Source of the DNA: Trichosphaerium sp. ATCC 40318
Taxonomy: Eukaryota; Protista; Tubulinea
Length of the DNA: 64,000 nt
Assembly (NCBI GenBank): GCA_038496445.1
Contig: JALMLS010000594.1
Coordinates: 62,001-126,000 of the forward strand
Direction: 5' to 3'
The position numbers and the translations under genes are program-made. Shown piece after piece: positions 13,035 through 25,241 of this stretch (the stretch's first letter is position 1; every line of letters begins with the position of its first letter). A model generated the notes under the pieces. That model ran no database searches, was not told where the DNA came from, and was given only the letters and a program-made list of their open reading frames with translations.

Positions 13035-13925
13035 ATGCTATCTACCGAAAAGCATTGTAAAATAGACAGTACCTCCAGTACAAACTTATTGCGACTCCCT
13101 ACAGAGATAGTAGCGCATATTTTGCGTCAAACAACCAAATCACGGTTTGCAGCTTGTCAAACCTGTCATTTCCTCGCTTCCATTGTTCATGATATTATTG
13201 GATACCACGCCATTACGATTAAAACAGTAGCTCAAGCAAAATCAGCTGCAAAACATCCTGGTATTCTGAAACACACAAAAATCACGTGTACTGGATACGA
13301 TACTGACAACATTGTCAAGCAATTTACTGGAGTACATACTATTGCCCTCACATGCACTTCAGTAACTGACAAAGGCATCAAAGCACTTGCTGGAGTGCAT
13401 ACCATTGACCTTTCTTATTGTCCCAACATAACAGATGAAGGCATTAAATCGCTTGCTGGAGTACATACTATTGACCTTTCTTATTGTCCCAACATAACAG
13501 ATGAAGGCATTAAATCGCTTGCTGGAGTACATACTATTGACTTTTGTCACACTTCAGTAACTGACAAAGGCATCAAAGCACTTGCTGGAGTGTATACCAT
13601 TGACCTTTCTTATTGTCCCAACATAACAGATGAAGGCATTAAATTGCTTGCTGGAGTACATACTATTGATATTAGACACACTTCAGTAACTGATGAAGGT
13701 GTCAAAGCACTTGCTGGAGTACATAGCATTAACCTTAATATCACTGCAGTAACTGATGAAGGTGTAAAAGCACTTGCTGGAGTTCATACTATTCACCTGA
13801 ATAGCACTTCGGTAACTGATGAAGGTATTAAAGCACTTGCTGGAGTACATACTATTGATATTAGATGCACTTCAGTAACTGACGAAGGTGTCAAAGCACT
13901 TGCCGGAGTACATACTATTTTGTGA
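13035..13925 (+). CDS. Intronless F-box + leucine-rich-repeat protein
   Basis: F-box LLRLPTEIVAHIL..CQTCHFL, followed by ~8 LRRs of consensus AGVHTIDLSY(C)(P)NITDEGIKAL. Ends abruptly in the middle of a repeat. Confidence 0.9.
   Translation: MLSTEKHCKIDSTSSTNLLRLPTEIVAHILRQTTKSRFAACQTCHFLASIVHDIIGYHAITIKTVAQAKSAAKHPGILKHTKITCTGYDTDNIVKQFTGVHTIALTCTSVTDKGIKALAGVHTIDLSYCPNITDEGIKSLAGVHTIDLSYCPNITDEGIKSLAGVHTIDFCHTSVTDKGIKALAGVYTIDLSYCPNITDEGIKLLAGVHTIDIRHTSVTDEGVKALAGVHSINLNITAVTDEGVKALAGVHTIHLNSTSVTDEGIKALAGVHTIDIRCTSVTDEGVKALAGVHTIL
13325..13920 (+). repeat. Near-identical 72-75 bp coding tandem repeats (LRR units)
   Basis: Recurring GCTGGAGTACATACTATTGAC...ACTGATGAAGG unit; some adjacent copies are almost identical. 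Confidence 0.9.
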
Positions 13926-14085
13926 AAAGCCAAAGTTTCCATAATTTACAAATTACTTGTAAGAGTACAGCTAACTCAATGATTTTAAATACACGTTTAT
14001 TAGTCATTTCGATTAATATTGGCCATTTTTGCTGTGTTAGTTACCCTTTTAGGGTATAAGAATTCCTTAAACAAGAGCTTTTCTT

Positions 14086-15309
14086 TCATTTGTCTTTTTG
14101 TTTGCTACCTCTAGTAACTGTATAGTCAGGAGTTTTGTATTCAAAGTAGGTTATCTGGCCAGATTGAATAGGATCGCTTTCTTTGAGACTACTACGGGTA
14201 CAAAGTACAAGATCTTTTGCATAGTAAGAATAACTTGTGCGTGTATCTCTGTTTATCTTTTTTTTAAAGTCTGAAGTTATCTTCTGACAAAAACTGACTT
14301 CAAGTTGATCAAGTGCTTCACAAAGAGATATAATTCCGTCATTTGTAACTTTAGGACACCAATCAAGTGTCATGTTTCTAACACCGGATAAAAAGGATAG
14401 TCCTTCATCAGAAACATTGAAACAACCTGACAGCGTTATTATATAGGCACCAGCTAATGCTTTTATACCAACATCAGTGACACCTTCACAACGCTCTATA
14501 TGAACTGTATGGACACCAGTAAGAGCCATTAAACCTCTATCTGTTATATTATTACACTTCTTAAGCTTGATTGTATGAACTCCAGAGAGCGCTTCAAGCC
14601 CATCATCGGTGATTGAGAAATTGTTTGCTAAAGAAATTGTATGAACTCCTCTAATTGCTTTGAGACCTATGTCTGTGACCATTGTACCGCTTAAATCTAT
14701 CTTATATACTCCAGATAAAGCAGCAATACCTTCATCTGTCATACTAGTGTAAGATAAATCAATAGTGTGAACTCCAGCAAGACTTTGAATTGCTTTTGGA
14801 GACAGTTGCTCACATCCACTTAAATCAATCGTATGTACACCTGCAACGGCAATTATATCATCATCACATACGAGAGTGTTATCTCTAATATTTAAGGTTT
14901 GTACGCCAGCAAGAAAGTGAATGCCAGATGAACGACAACCAGAGTTCTTGTTCGTTTTTTGGTTAAGTATGGTAACATGTTTAAGTCCTTTACAGAGAGA
15001 AAGAAGATCAGCTGTTACAGCACATTGAAATACGATATGAGAATTAAACAAAATACCAAAGCTATGACGCATCAACTGCCATTGTGTTGTATTACGGACA
15101 TATACCTTGTTATAACCAACGCAGTCATGTATAGCCGTTCTAAACCGTTTACAACTTTGTACAGCAGCTAATCGTTCCGTATCCTCGAGTGGCAAGAGAA
15201 TTAAACATAAAGTCTCCAAAGGAACGTCGTGAAACGCATTTCTGTTGTAGGAAGGCTTGTATTTGTTTTTGGTTGGCGTAATACTCTGATTTGTTTGAAG
15301 AGATGTCAT
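14086..15309 (-). CDS. Intronless F-box + leucine-rich-repeat protein (convergent with the 13035 paralog)
   Basis: F-box FHDVPLETLCLIL..AVQSCKRFR; LRRs AGVHTIDLSGC / SGVHTIKLKKCNNITDRGL; uninterrupted 407-aa ORF. Confidence 0.9.
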   Translation of the reverse strand: MTSLQTNQSITPTKNKYKPSYNRNAFHDVPLETLCLILLPLEDTERLAAVQSCKRFRTAIHDCVGYNKVYVRNTTQWQLMRHSFGILFNSHIVFQCAVTADLLSLCKGLKHVTILNQKTNKNSGCRSSGIHFLAGVQTLNIRDNTLVCDDDIIAVAGVHTIDLSGCEQLSPKAIQSLAGVHTIDLSYTSMTDEGIAALSGVYKIDLSGTMVTDIGLKAIRGVHTISLANNFSITDDGLEALSGVHTIKLKKCNNITDRGLMALTGVHTVHIERCEGVTDVGIKALAGAYIITLSGCFNVSDEGLSFLSGVRNMTLDWCPKVTNDGIISLCEALDQLEVSFCQKITSDFKKKINRDTRTSYSYYAKDLVLCTRSSLKESDPIQSGQITYFEYKTPDYTVTRGSKQKDK

Positions 15310-15479
15310 AGTTTTATGAATGTTTAATGAATACCAGAAAGACCCACTGTGGCCGATAGTTTGTTTTCACTTAATGTAGTTATCACGTGACCGAAAGGGT
15401 GTGTTGAATGTTTTTGGGATCTAGATAATCCAACAGTATTGACAACGATAATTCATTTTCTTTCCTAAATTGTTAGCGA

Positions 15480-16322
15480 TATTGTCTGTTTCATTCAAGT
15501 TTTGAGACAGACTGACTTTAAGCAAAAAAAAATCCAGTTTCTGCCTGATCTGTCAGATCTGACGGATTTGACACTTCTGACAGATCTTGAAATTATCATT
15601 TTTTAAATGTGAGTACCCTCACGCCTGTCCAGTGAATCCAACCGTTTCAAACCCACGTGATTTAACAAACTTTTTTATTTACATATTTAGCGGCGTTTAC
15701 AAAGCCCAGCAACGCTGGTGGTGTTTTGGGGCGGGTTTGACGTTGTTACACCTTCATTGCTGTTTGGATGCTACCATAGCGCTTCTGTTACCGCGGGGTA
15801 GGCGCTAGCGTAGCGCTAGTAAGTTATACACGTGCGTTGATTTTTTGAAGCAAAACATACTACAAACAGTGTTTGAGGCATTCACCACCGTGTTTGGCGG
15901 TAATGCGATAGCTTTGTAGGACATCATACTTTTTTAATTCGCTTTTAGCTCATGAGCACTTCTGTGGTTTGATCGTACCGTGTACAGTTTGCGTAGGTAA
16001 ATACTGCGATCATCTTCCATGGTCTATTGAAAATGACATTGAAAAGTTTGGTATCAGTGAACCTTCTGTCAAATGGTGTAGATAACAATGTGAACTATGC
16101 GTGACAATGCTATCCTTCATAGTGATAACAAAATTCTCAATGAGCTAAAAGTAGGGTATGATGTACTATAAAGCTATCGCATGACCGCCAAACACGGTAT
16201 AATGCCTCAAACACTGTTTGCTGCATGTTTTACTTCAAAAAATCAACATACGTGTATGACTTACTAACGTTACTCTAGCGCCTACCCCACGCTAAAAAAA
16301 GCGCTATGGTAGCATCTAAACA
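15480..16322. mobile_element. Composite of two partial, oppositely oriented copies of the MITE at 33300-34082
   Basis: Starts TA-TTGTCTGTTTCATTCAAGTTTT. 15482-~16060 is the reverse complement of 34080-~33470, and 16062-16322 matches 33383-33780 directly with deletions. This creates ~190-bp inverted arms (15761-15953 / 16140-16322). Confidence 0.75.
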
Positions 16323-16636
16323 TCACTTCAAATAATAAGCGCATATCAAATTTTCCTTTATAAATTTAAGGATCCACATGTTGAGAAGTAAGAGCAATAC
16401 CACTGAAAGAAGAAGTATCCCAATACGCTTGATTGAACTCAAGTTAAGGCAATACTGTACCTTGCTTAGAAGCAATCTATTGTGATTTAGCCCTTGGGTT
16501 GGTGAACAGGCACCAAAAGCTGTAACATTTTGGTAACGACTTACACGTATCTACAACCAATTTCTAAAGACATTTCTATTTTATTTCGAGTTTAGCTTAT
16601 TTCCACTTCAGAAATCTATTCACCTTCTAAGACAAT

Positions 16637-19524
16637 ATGCGAGAGTCTGTGAAGCGTAAAGAGCGTAAGATCTTGTCTTTTAGGACAGTTTCTTGTCCAA
16701 TACATAATTATTTTATTAATTCGCTTACAATAGATAAGCCAACGCGTTATTGTGGCGGCACATTATCTAGGAATCAACTTATTGTTGTTTGTGGGTTTGT
16801 TTCAATAGCATTGATACGTATCTTCTTTTTCGTTTCTCAAAATCACGTGACTGTAATAAGCCTCCTTGGTACAGACTCAGTACGCTATTTATATATGAGC
16901 ACAAACAAAAAACAATCGTTCATTTTGGCTAAAGCAAAATAGGAAGAATTTCCTGAAAACAATAACCTTGCACACGTGGATGAAGTTCCTGACGTTCATC
17001 CTACATTGTCACCAACGAATGCACCTTATGAATCGCCTACCAACTATCCAGTACCTCCACCAACTGCATCACCAACTAATGCACCTGTTCCCGTACCTAC
17101 AGCACCACCAACACAGACAGCGTCACCAACTAACTATCCAGTACCTCCACCAACACTTCCACCTACAAATGCGCCTATACCTGCTCCCAAAGCACCAACA
17201 AACGCACCGACATCAACACCTACGGTGTCACCAACAAACGTACCAACACATTCACCAACAAACGCAGCTACATCAACTCCTACAGTGTCACCAACAAATT
17301 CACCTACGCAGTCACCAACCAATGCACCAGTGCCACCACCTGAATCGCCGGCACCAACATATGTGCCTGTTAATGAATCTACAGCGTCTCCAACTAACTA
17401 TCCAGTACCGCCACCAACACTTCCACCTACAAATGCGCCTGTACCAGGTCCCAAAGCACCAACAAATGCGCCAACATCAACACCTACAGTGTCACCAACC
17501 AATGCACCAGTACCACCTACTGAATCGCCGACAAATTACATAGCAGAAACACAAACACCAACTAAAGCTCCTATTCCTGCTTATCCTGACACGCCTACAA
17601 ATGCACCAATACCACCTACTGTGTCACCAACAAACGCGCCTGTTCCTGAATCTACAGAATCTCATGATGTAGAAGTCACGATAGGACCAGTACGTTGAAC
17701 TAGAGGAGTGACCTTAACATTATTTTGTTCATAGAGTATTATCCCACATGTTGAAGGAAGATATTGCAGAGAGGATATGGAAGAAATTGGAGTGTCTCAT
17801 CCAGAATCTATATATAATAGTAATCAGTGGGATTACTTACACCCACGTTGTGTAAATGTTAAGGAATCTTCTGAGTTCTTTTACAGAGTATATTCGTAAG
17901 TGCTTTTTTTTGTTTTTTTCTTGTTTTGTATTTCTGTTGAACTTTCTTCAAATTAGGCTGTTGCCACGGGCACAAAATAGAGACTGTAATGATCATCGGA
18001 ATAGAGTCATGTTATTCTCCCCACCTACAAGGTAAGATCTCTAAATAAGACAAAAACAAACAAGATTGGGTGACTTCCACAATTGTTTTTTAAATCGAAA
18101 TGTATTATTATTGTTTATCAGTTTCTAGAATCTGTGGTCTTGGATGTGAGATGTCTTTCACAACAAAAGCTTTTCATATAGCATTGAAATTAAATTATAC
18201 ATTTGTTTTATTACCTGTTGCAACTACTTGGGATGTACGTAGCTTGAACCGTACTACTCAAAAAAATCCAAAAAAACTAAGAATTTACATTAGCACTGGA
18301 ATGAGACGTTTTGTAAAAGACGAGAATTTGATTGTTACTTTGCACCAGTATTCAACAAGAAGTTATGTAACACTTCTGTTTTGTGGGATACAAAAAAAGT
18401 ACGCTTTAAAACGCGAAACACCACGTGGCTTCAATTACAGAAAACAGTAATTCCGTTAACAAACGACCTAAATTGAATTCATTTCTTAGATGGCCTCACA
18501 ACAGCACATATACCGTAACATATCAAAACAGCCTAAATATAGTTCAAAACAATTATTGCAGTACCTTAGTAATAAAAAACACTTAGTTATTGGTGAACGT
18601 CATTTAAGTGTACGTATGTATTTATTTTTTATTTTTGTGACACAAATCATGTTAATGTTACTCAGCGGGACATTGGTACTGCAGGACTGTTCAAAACAGC
18701 TAGTGAACATGCAAGGTATTTAAAATATTGCTGACATAAAGTAAGTAACATAATAATAAACAACTTTGTAGGTTAAAGGCAGCTATGCTTAAGTACTTGC
18801 TAAGACCTGGACCTGAATTGAGAGATTTTATTTCACAAGAAAAAAAAAGATTGAAGTTTGATGAGTTTTCAAAGGAACCTATCATAGTTGTTCATGTTCG
18901 CCGTGGTGATTCAACAATGGAAAAAGGAAGAACATTGTTTAATATCAGTGGTACGAAAAATTGCTGTTTAAGTGCGTGATACGACTAAAAAAGCAAAAAA
19001 GATTACATGCCATATGCAGAAAAGTTACGTGATATTTACCAAGCGAAGACAATTTACTTGCTCACAGTATGTCATAAACTTATTCTGATTCGATTCTACA
19101 TATTGATATTTGTTGATAGGCGTCAAGAGTTATAATAAACCAAACATTGGACTTTCCAGAATGGAACTGGTTGCACGCTGATCCAAAATATTTATGGCAT
19201 GGTACAAAATTATTTTTAGTTATTTTTATCTCAGTAGAGTTTATCAACTGATTGTGTACCCTGAATTTAGATGGTCATAAAACTAATGCTGGTGACTCAA
19301 AGGAATCTAGTTTAGCAACATTTGCAGCACTTTTAATTGCAGGTGAATGTAATATGTTTGTTGGCACACATCACTCAAATTTTGGCCGAATGGTTAGATT
19401 ACTACAAGTCCGTATTTTGGTTTACACAAACCCTTTAAACTTACTACCCTAGATGGGTAACAACCGTGGATTAGCATCACCTTACAGGTTGATTTCAGGA
19501 AATGCGCATGAAGCACGTGCCTAA
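16637..19524 (+). CDS. Alpha-1,6-fucosyltransferase (FUT8/GT23)-like type II membrane protein with a long Pro/Thr mucin-like stalk, copy 1 (apparently intact)
   Basis: TM LIVVCGFVSIALI; stalk of PTNAP/SPTNYPVPPP repeats; CGLGCEM (FUT8 has CGYGCQL); IIVVHVRRGDS; IYLLT; LLIAGECNMFVGTHHSNFGRMVRLL. Confidence 0.88.
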
Positions 19525-20092
19525 AAAAGAATATTTCACATAAAAATCGCAAATGATTGTTTTATTTATGTACATTTGCTACATTTGGGTAACAATGAGG
19601 TTTTAATTTTCAACAAGCGTCTATTACGTCTCAAAACAATCCAATATGCTACCATTGGTTGATTTATGGTTATTCTTGTGCAATGACTTTTTTATTGGAT
19701 CACGTGTTTTGTCGATTCGTTTTTCTATAAATAGACTAGCTTCACCATAAATTGTTTTCTGCTTGATTCTTTACATACTATACAATCAAAAACCGACAAT
19801 CATCACTGCACGTTTTGAAACCAAGTGGACAACTTAAATACAAAAAGAATTAGAATGACTTTTCGCTTTGAAATATACTAGTCACCGTATGCTCCCCCAA
19901 ACACGTTATTATAATAAATAGGAGTACTTTTCTTATATTTTTCGCTACCATTAGCGGAATTTGACATTATTATCAAGTGCGGTTGTCGAATACAAAAAGA
20001 ACTGCTTACAAAACTTCATAGCAAATAAAAATGTGTCATCAATGACGCAGTTTCAATGCCAGTCGACATAATACACAAATACCTTTAGGTGG

Positions 20093-23000
20093 TAGTGACT
20101 ACGGTTTTCGTGTTTGGCTAGATCTGACCTATTTGTAAGTTCTATTAGAACATTAAATAAGACCAGCAAAACTAGGATATACATTGTAAATGCGGATAAA
20201 TTATTCCTACGCAATTTGTAAAACACGTGCGCAATGTGAGTTTGTGTTTGTTTGGTATTCGTCAATCTACCTATTTTATACAGGTTCAGAGCTAGCATCA
20301 TTGCTTTGAGACTCATGTCACAGGCGACATATCTGACGCATGTGATGACTTGGGACTTAATTATCCGCTTTTAAGTAGAGATTTTTAACCAAAAAGTGTC
20401 ATTATGAGTGGCTCATACAACTCTTTAACACTTAATTTAGTGCTAGCCACACTAGTAGTACTTTGCTGCGCTACAGAATTTCCATCATGGTGGGATCCTT
20501 TCAACGTTCAAGTACAGAGAGTAGATACACCAGGGAACAAGCCAATACTGTGGGAGTCTAGCACAGCACGCTTTATACAATTACTGCAGTAAGTGTAATT
20601 TACGTTGTATTTTCGCTCTAGTAGCTACGAATTCGTTTGCAGTAGTCGAGTTTTAACACGTTTTTTTTTAATAATAAACTAGAGTAAATGGGTTTCATCG
20701 TAATGGTGTTGTAGCCCCTATGTGGTTCAGAATTAAATCTAGCGGTAATGAAGCCGTTGTGGTTTGGACAGAGGGTACATATTCTTGTTGTAATAACCTC
20801 GCGTTTCGAGATGTCAGAGCAGTACACATAACTACTATAAACACTGCAGATTGGTCTGTAAAGGTAGAAAATCATAAAAACCGACTTCGTATTTTCAAAA
20901 CTACTATATACCTTTTAATCTATACATTTAAAAAACATTCTTTGCGCAGCTTTTGAAAACCTAAGAATTTGAAATGGTATGGGTTACGGAATTTTGTTCT
21001 ATTTTATTCTTTGGTCCCAAATACAGTTCTGTTCCCTTTTTGTTTTTCGAACATCTTGATGTATTTGCCACTCGCATAGAAGTTTCTGTGAGGTGGGACA
21101 AGAGTTAAGATTTGGGGCATGGATTTTTTGTGAATTTTTTTTTCCCTGTTCTTCCCAAATGTAGTTTTTTTATTTTTTTCCTCTCCACGTGATGTGAAAC
21201 GTCATCCCAAATACTTTTTTTTGTCTTAGCTAACTCTGGTGTAGAGCAACATTGCTATTACTGATAAGCTTCCAAAGAGAGTAGCTGGGTTTGTTCTTCA
21301 TGATGATGATTCAATGGCTATCATGTTTAGCCGACTTGAAGATCAATCTTTGGTATCTACAGGTCTTCAAGATCAAACATCTGAAGGATGGAAGGACATG
21401 TGGTTCTTAAAAATAGACGCAAACGGTAATAGAGTGGTTGAGAAAATTATAGAAAACAGGTACTCTAACTATAACTACTATCTCGTCTTGACTTCTAACA
21501 CTTGTTACTAGACTTGGAGGTTGGCCTTGGTACGTTTTGCGGAATTATCGTTGACTGAGCGTTTAACTCGCGTTTGTTTCTGGAACTGTGTTGTGTTGAC
21601 TGTTCTTTTAGGCTAGCTGGTAAAGCTTCTCTAGCATACTCTCCTAATTTATACGGAAATGGGCCAAGTTACTTGGCAACACATGTTGTTAATGGACGTG
21701 CTCCATCATGTACGAAAAGTCACGTTTATAAAACAAACCAATAACACTCTAGGTTTGGGTACTGGCAGTGGCAGCGTTGGTCATACCGCGCAAACCTGGC
21801 GTTACTTTAACGCTTCTGGACCACCAGATTTCAACGCTGGAGCTAGGGTTAATAGCGACTCATCAAAACCAGTTTATGGAAAATGTTGGGGTACACTACT
21901 GAAATATACCACAGAGTTTAACTGCAATGTTAGGTGGAAACGGTCACCCTGTAGATAGTCGTGTAGGTGTAGACCCAAACTCGGGAAATATCATACCAGG
22001 TATGCTCACAAACAAGAAAAACCCCGAAATGCTTGCCTTTGTACGCTTGACTTATTATTGATCATAGTACATCTTGGAGATTTTGGAACTATTGTAACCA
22101 TCAACCCTCTTAACAACAGTGTAAGTCTGTATAAGTTTAAGACTCAGAATATTAAAGCAGAGGCAGCTCTAGGTACAACCATTTCTTCGTCTATCGAGAA
22201 CTCACAACCGGTTTGAATAGGTGATATTATTTTGAACCACGAAGGTGATGGCTTCATGCTCACTTTCTGTGGTCCTAGATACGAAACATTTGGTCCTACT
22301 AAGACATTTCAAGCCAACGGAACTGATGTTGGTCTAATAAAGGTAAAAGAGAGCCAACCTATTATCTGTTAATAAAAGTCTCAACTGACTTCCACTTTCT
22401 TAGCTTGATGTACACGGTAATGTTGTTGAAAAAATTTGGATCACAGATTATAACAACCATTGGGCTCGTGGTGGTCGTTTGATAAAGTACAAGCGCAATA
22501 ATTACTTGTTGTTTTGGTATACTACACCACAATGGAATCTCGGTAGTGGAAAGCAATATTATGTTGCAGAAATAAACAAAGGTGAACCTTATGAAACATG
22601 AAGTAACAAGATTAACTCTCTGTATAGATGGTGTCTTTCAACGTGGCCCTCAAGAGATTACGGACAAGGGTTTCTTCTCGCTGAGAAATAGCGTATTTCA
22701 GCAACTACCTAACGGAGACATTGCTTGGGTAATCTTTAGTGTTATAATTTGAGACTAAAAGCGTATTTTGTTTAGGTTCATGTGTGGGATGATACTAGAA
22801 CACTAACTCATTCCACAGACAGACGTAGAAAATACTGGTATCACGAAAGTGTTGGTTACTTTCATGTACTGCAACTCACTGATAAAACACCTCCTGGCCC
22901 AAACGAAGGACCATTTGTTCCAGTAAGTTACTAAAATTGTTTGACTTTTTCTTTTCTGTTGAAGCTCTCTTATGCGTGTTCAGGAAGCGTGTAAGTACTA

Positions 23001-24755
23001 TGAAGAAAATGATGGTACTGTTGTTATAGAAACTGAACTCTACGATTATAAAGTGAAGTCTGAAACACACGAGTGGCTTAGACTTAAAAAATCAGATGCA
23101 GGTAAATAATTCTTAGAAATAGCTTTAGAACTGTTTCCACGTGTTCAATATTCTTACACGATTATAGCTGGTGAAACTGTAATGAGGACAACAGAGCAAG
23201 GTTTGGTTATAGGTTCAAAAGATATTGATAACGCTCCTCGATTAGACTACAACTTAAAGGTTACTTTACAAGTCAGTTCTCCACACAAACTTACCATGTT
23301 TGTTATAAGATCACAGAGGCTGGCACATACACAATTGTTTGCAGAGCTATCGCCATTCAAAAAGGCGGACAAGGCTATTACATTGGGATTGATGGCAAAC
23401 TCTTAGGTATAGCTGACACGTGTGTATTCGGAATCCTTACTTGTTTGTTAGATGAAAGGGGAACAGGTGGTGGAAGATGGTTTTGGTTATGGAACCCAAA
23501 AAGTATCACAGCAAACCTTGATGTAGGCATTCATAAGTTTAACATATGGGTAAGCCTTAAATTTGAGTACAAGTGTAATTATTAACTCTTTCGTTTCAGT
23601 TGAAAGACGACGGTGGTACAATTGATCGCTGTATTATTACCAAAAACAGCTCTGTTATCCCTGCTGATAAAACAACTATTTTTGGACCATCCATGTCAGC
23701 CAGAGGACCTTCTCAATGCGTTGATGGATTTGTACCACATGAAGATCGTGTTGTAGTTGATCACGTGCAATCAAGATCTGATGATATTGTACCAAATCCA
23801 GACGATCCATGGAAGATCAATAATGGTAAATAACTTAGTTTTGTTTAGTTTGTTGTCTCTTACATTTTGCTGTAGTTGGCCATACCACGTTTGTTTACCC
23901 TCCAGGAACCAAACCTGTAAAGAAGATAGAAGTTCCATCAGGAGAAGGAGTCGTTGATATTGGGGGAACGATTGTAGACTCGAATCCATATCCAGCTTCT
24001 AATGCAACATCCGCTGATGTACTCGGTACTTTCCGTATCAAGACCCTCACTGGGCCTCTCTCCACAGTATGCTTTTTTACGTCTAACCAGCTTACTTATT
24101 ATTTCTCTTAGTGGGCTCTAACTCAGATACGAATACTGTTGTCTGCTAGAATCGAGAAAGTGTCTCCTCATGTTGATACTGTTGATCCAAACCGCATTAA
24201 ACTAACACAAGCTAATTTTGGTCAAATCACAATTGCAATTGCAGGTAACTCTAAATACCATTGTTCGAATACTAATTCTTGGTTGTAAACACAGATGGTA
24301 TACCTACAAGGGAAGATGTGTCAAAGGCTATGAAATGTGATGACTACTTGACAGCCCTTGAGTCTATTCCACATATTGAAGTACTTGGTGCGTCTTACAG
24401 TTTCTCTTGGCTTCCTTTTATCTTCCTTGTTCTGGTACTTATAAGTGTACTTTAGATGGCACAAGAAACGGAACAATAGCTTGCCCTGATGGCATCTCTG
24501 TATCAGGACAATGGGGAGAACCTGTAATAGCTCCTGCTTCACCAATTGAACCTACGCAACCTACGGTAGCCATACATCAACGCCCTGAAGCCGGCGCTAA
24601 ATCCCTCGTATCTGTTGCAGCTACACTCTCCTTCTTGATCTGTTATTTGTTGATACTACCATAACTTTTTGGCAACATCACTCGAATACCACGTGTTGAT
24701 CACCAAAGACACGCGCCTCATAAATAAAGATTTTTTAATCTCACATCGTAACAGC
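20093..24755. repeat. ~4.7-kb segment duplicated in inverted orientation at ~34425-39100
   Basis: Colinear reverse-complement identity across the promoter, all exons and the 3' UTR; introns are more diverged than exons. Confidence 0.95.
20404..24664 (+). CDS. Secreted, probably GPI-anchored multidomain surface protein (beta-rich N-terminal region + CBM-like jelly-roll), copy 1
   Basis: Signal peptide MSGSYNSLTLNLVLATLVVLCCA; YEENDGTVVIETE...AGTYTIVCRA...GIHKFNIWLKDDGGTIDRCIIT resembles bacterial CBM6/35 or GH115 C-terminal domains; hydrophobic C-terminus GAKSLVSVAATLSFLICYLLILP*. Confidence 0.8.
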
Positions 24756-24860
24756 TAAAAACAACAATTTTGTTTTGCTTGAAATGGTTTTATTGGTGTC
24801 GCTTGAACGAGATAATAACAGCTGTATTTTTCTACAACGTATCACGTGATTTTAGTTTTT

Positions 24861-25241
24861 TTAAGCCCAACCGACGCTGTTAGAAACTTCTACAAGCCCT
24901 GCTACCAATAATGATTCGTTTGAGGTGTGGTACTTGATAATATCTCTTGAACGTGTCTCGAAGGTTAAATGACGATACGCAGAATCGATATTTGGTACAG
25001 CATCAGTCATAGTCAACTTCCAAGCGCCATCGTGGTAGATTGTAGCGTACTTCTTGTACGTTGGCACGTGTAGGAAGTATAGAAGACCTTCAGCAAGCTT
25101 TCTGTGTCCAATACAGGTGTGTTGTCGTACTACTTTATCTCCCATGTAAACTAGCTGTGCATAGCTGTCAGAAATGCTATCTGTTATAGGTATCATTTCT
25201 CGCTTCCACTCGCCATTTTTATGGTAGATTGCTGTTTTCAT
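24861..25241 (-). CDS. Intronless hypothetical protein with a two-fold ~60-aa internal repeat
   Basis: KTAIYHKNGEWK..ISDSYAQL..LAEGLL versus YATIYHDGAWK..IDSAYRHL..LVAGLV; clean ATG-to-stop ORF. Confidence 0.65.
   Translation of the reverse strand: MKTAIYHKNGEWKREMIPITDSISDSYAQLVYMGDKVVRQHTCIGHRKLAEGLLYFLHVPTYKKYATIYHDGAWKLTMTDAVPNIDSAYRHLTFETRSRDIIKYHTSNESLLVAGLVEVSNSVGWA

Noticed and set aside
13325-13920. Regular repeats as a CRISPR array
   Set aside because: They are in-frame coding LRR units with no unique spacers and no cas genes, in a eukaryotic context.
16968-17543. 191-aa His/Gln-rich ORF (and the Gly/Val antisense ORF) as separate genes
   Set aside because: Shadow frames of the CCA/ACA-rich Pro/Thr stalk.
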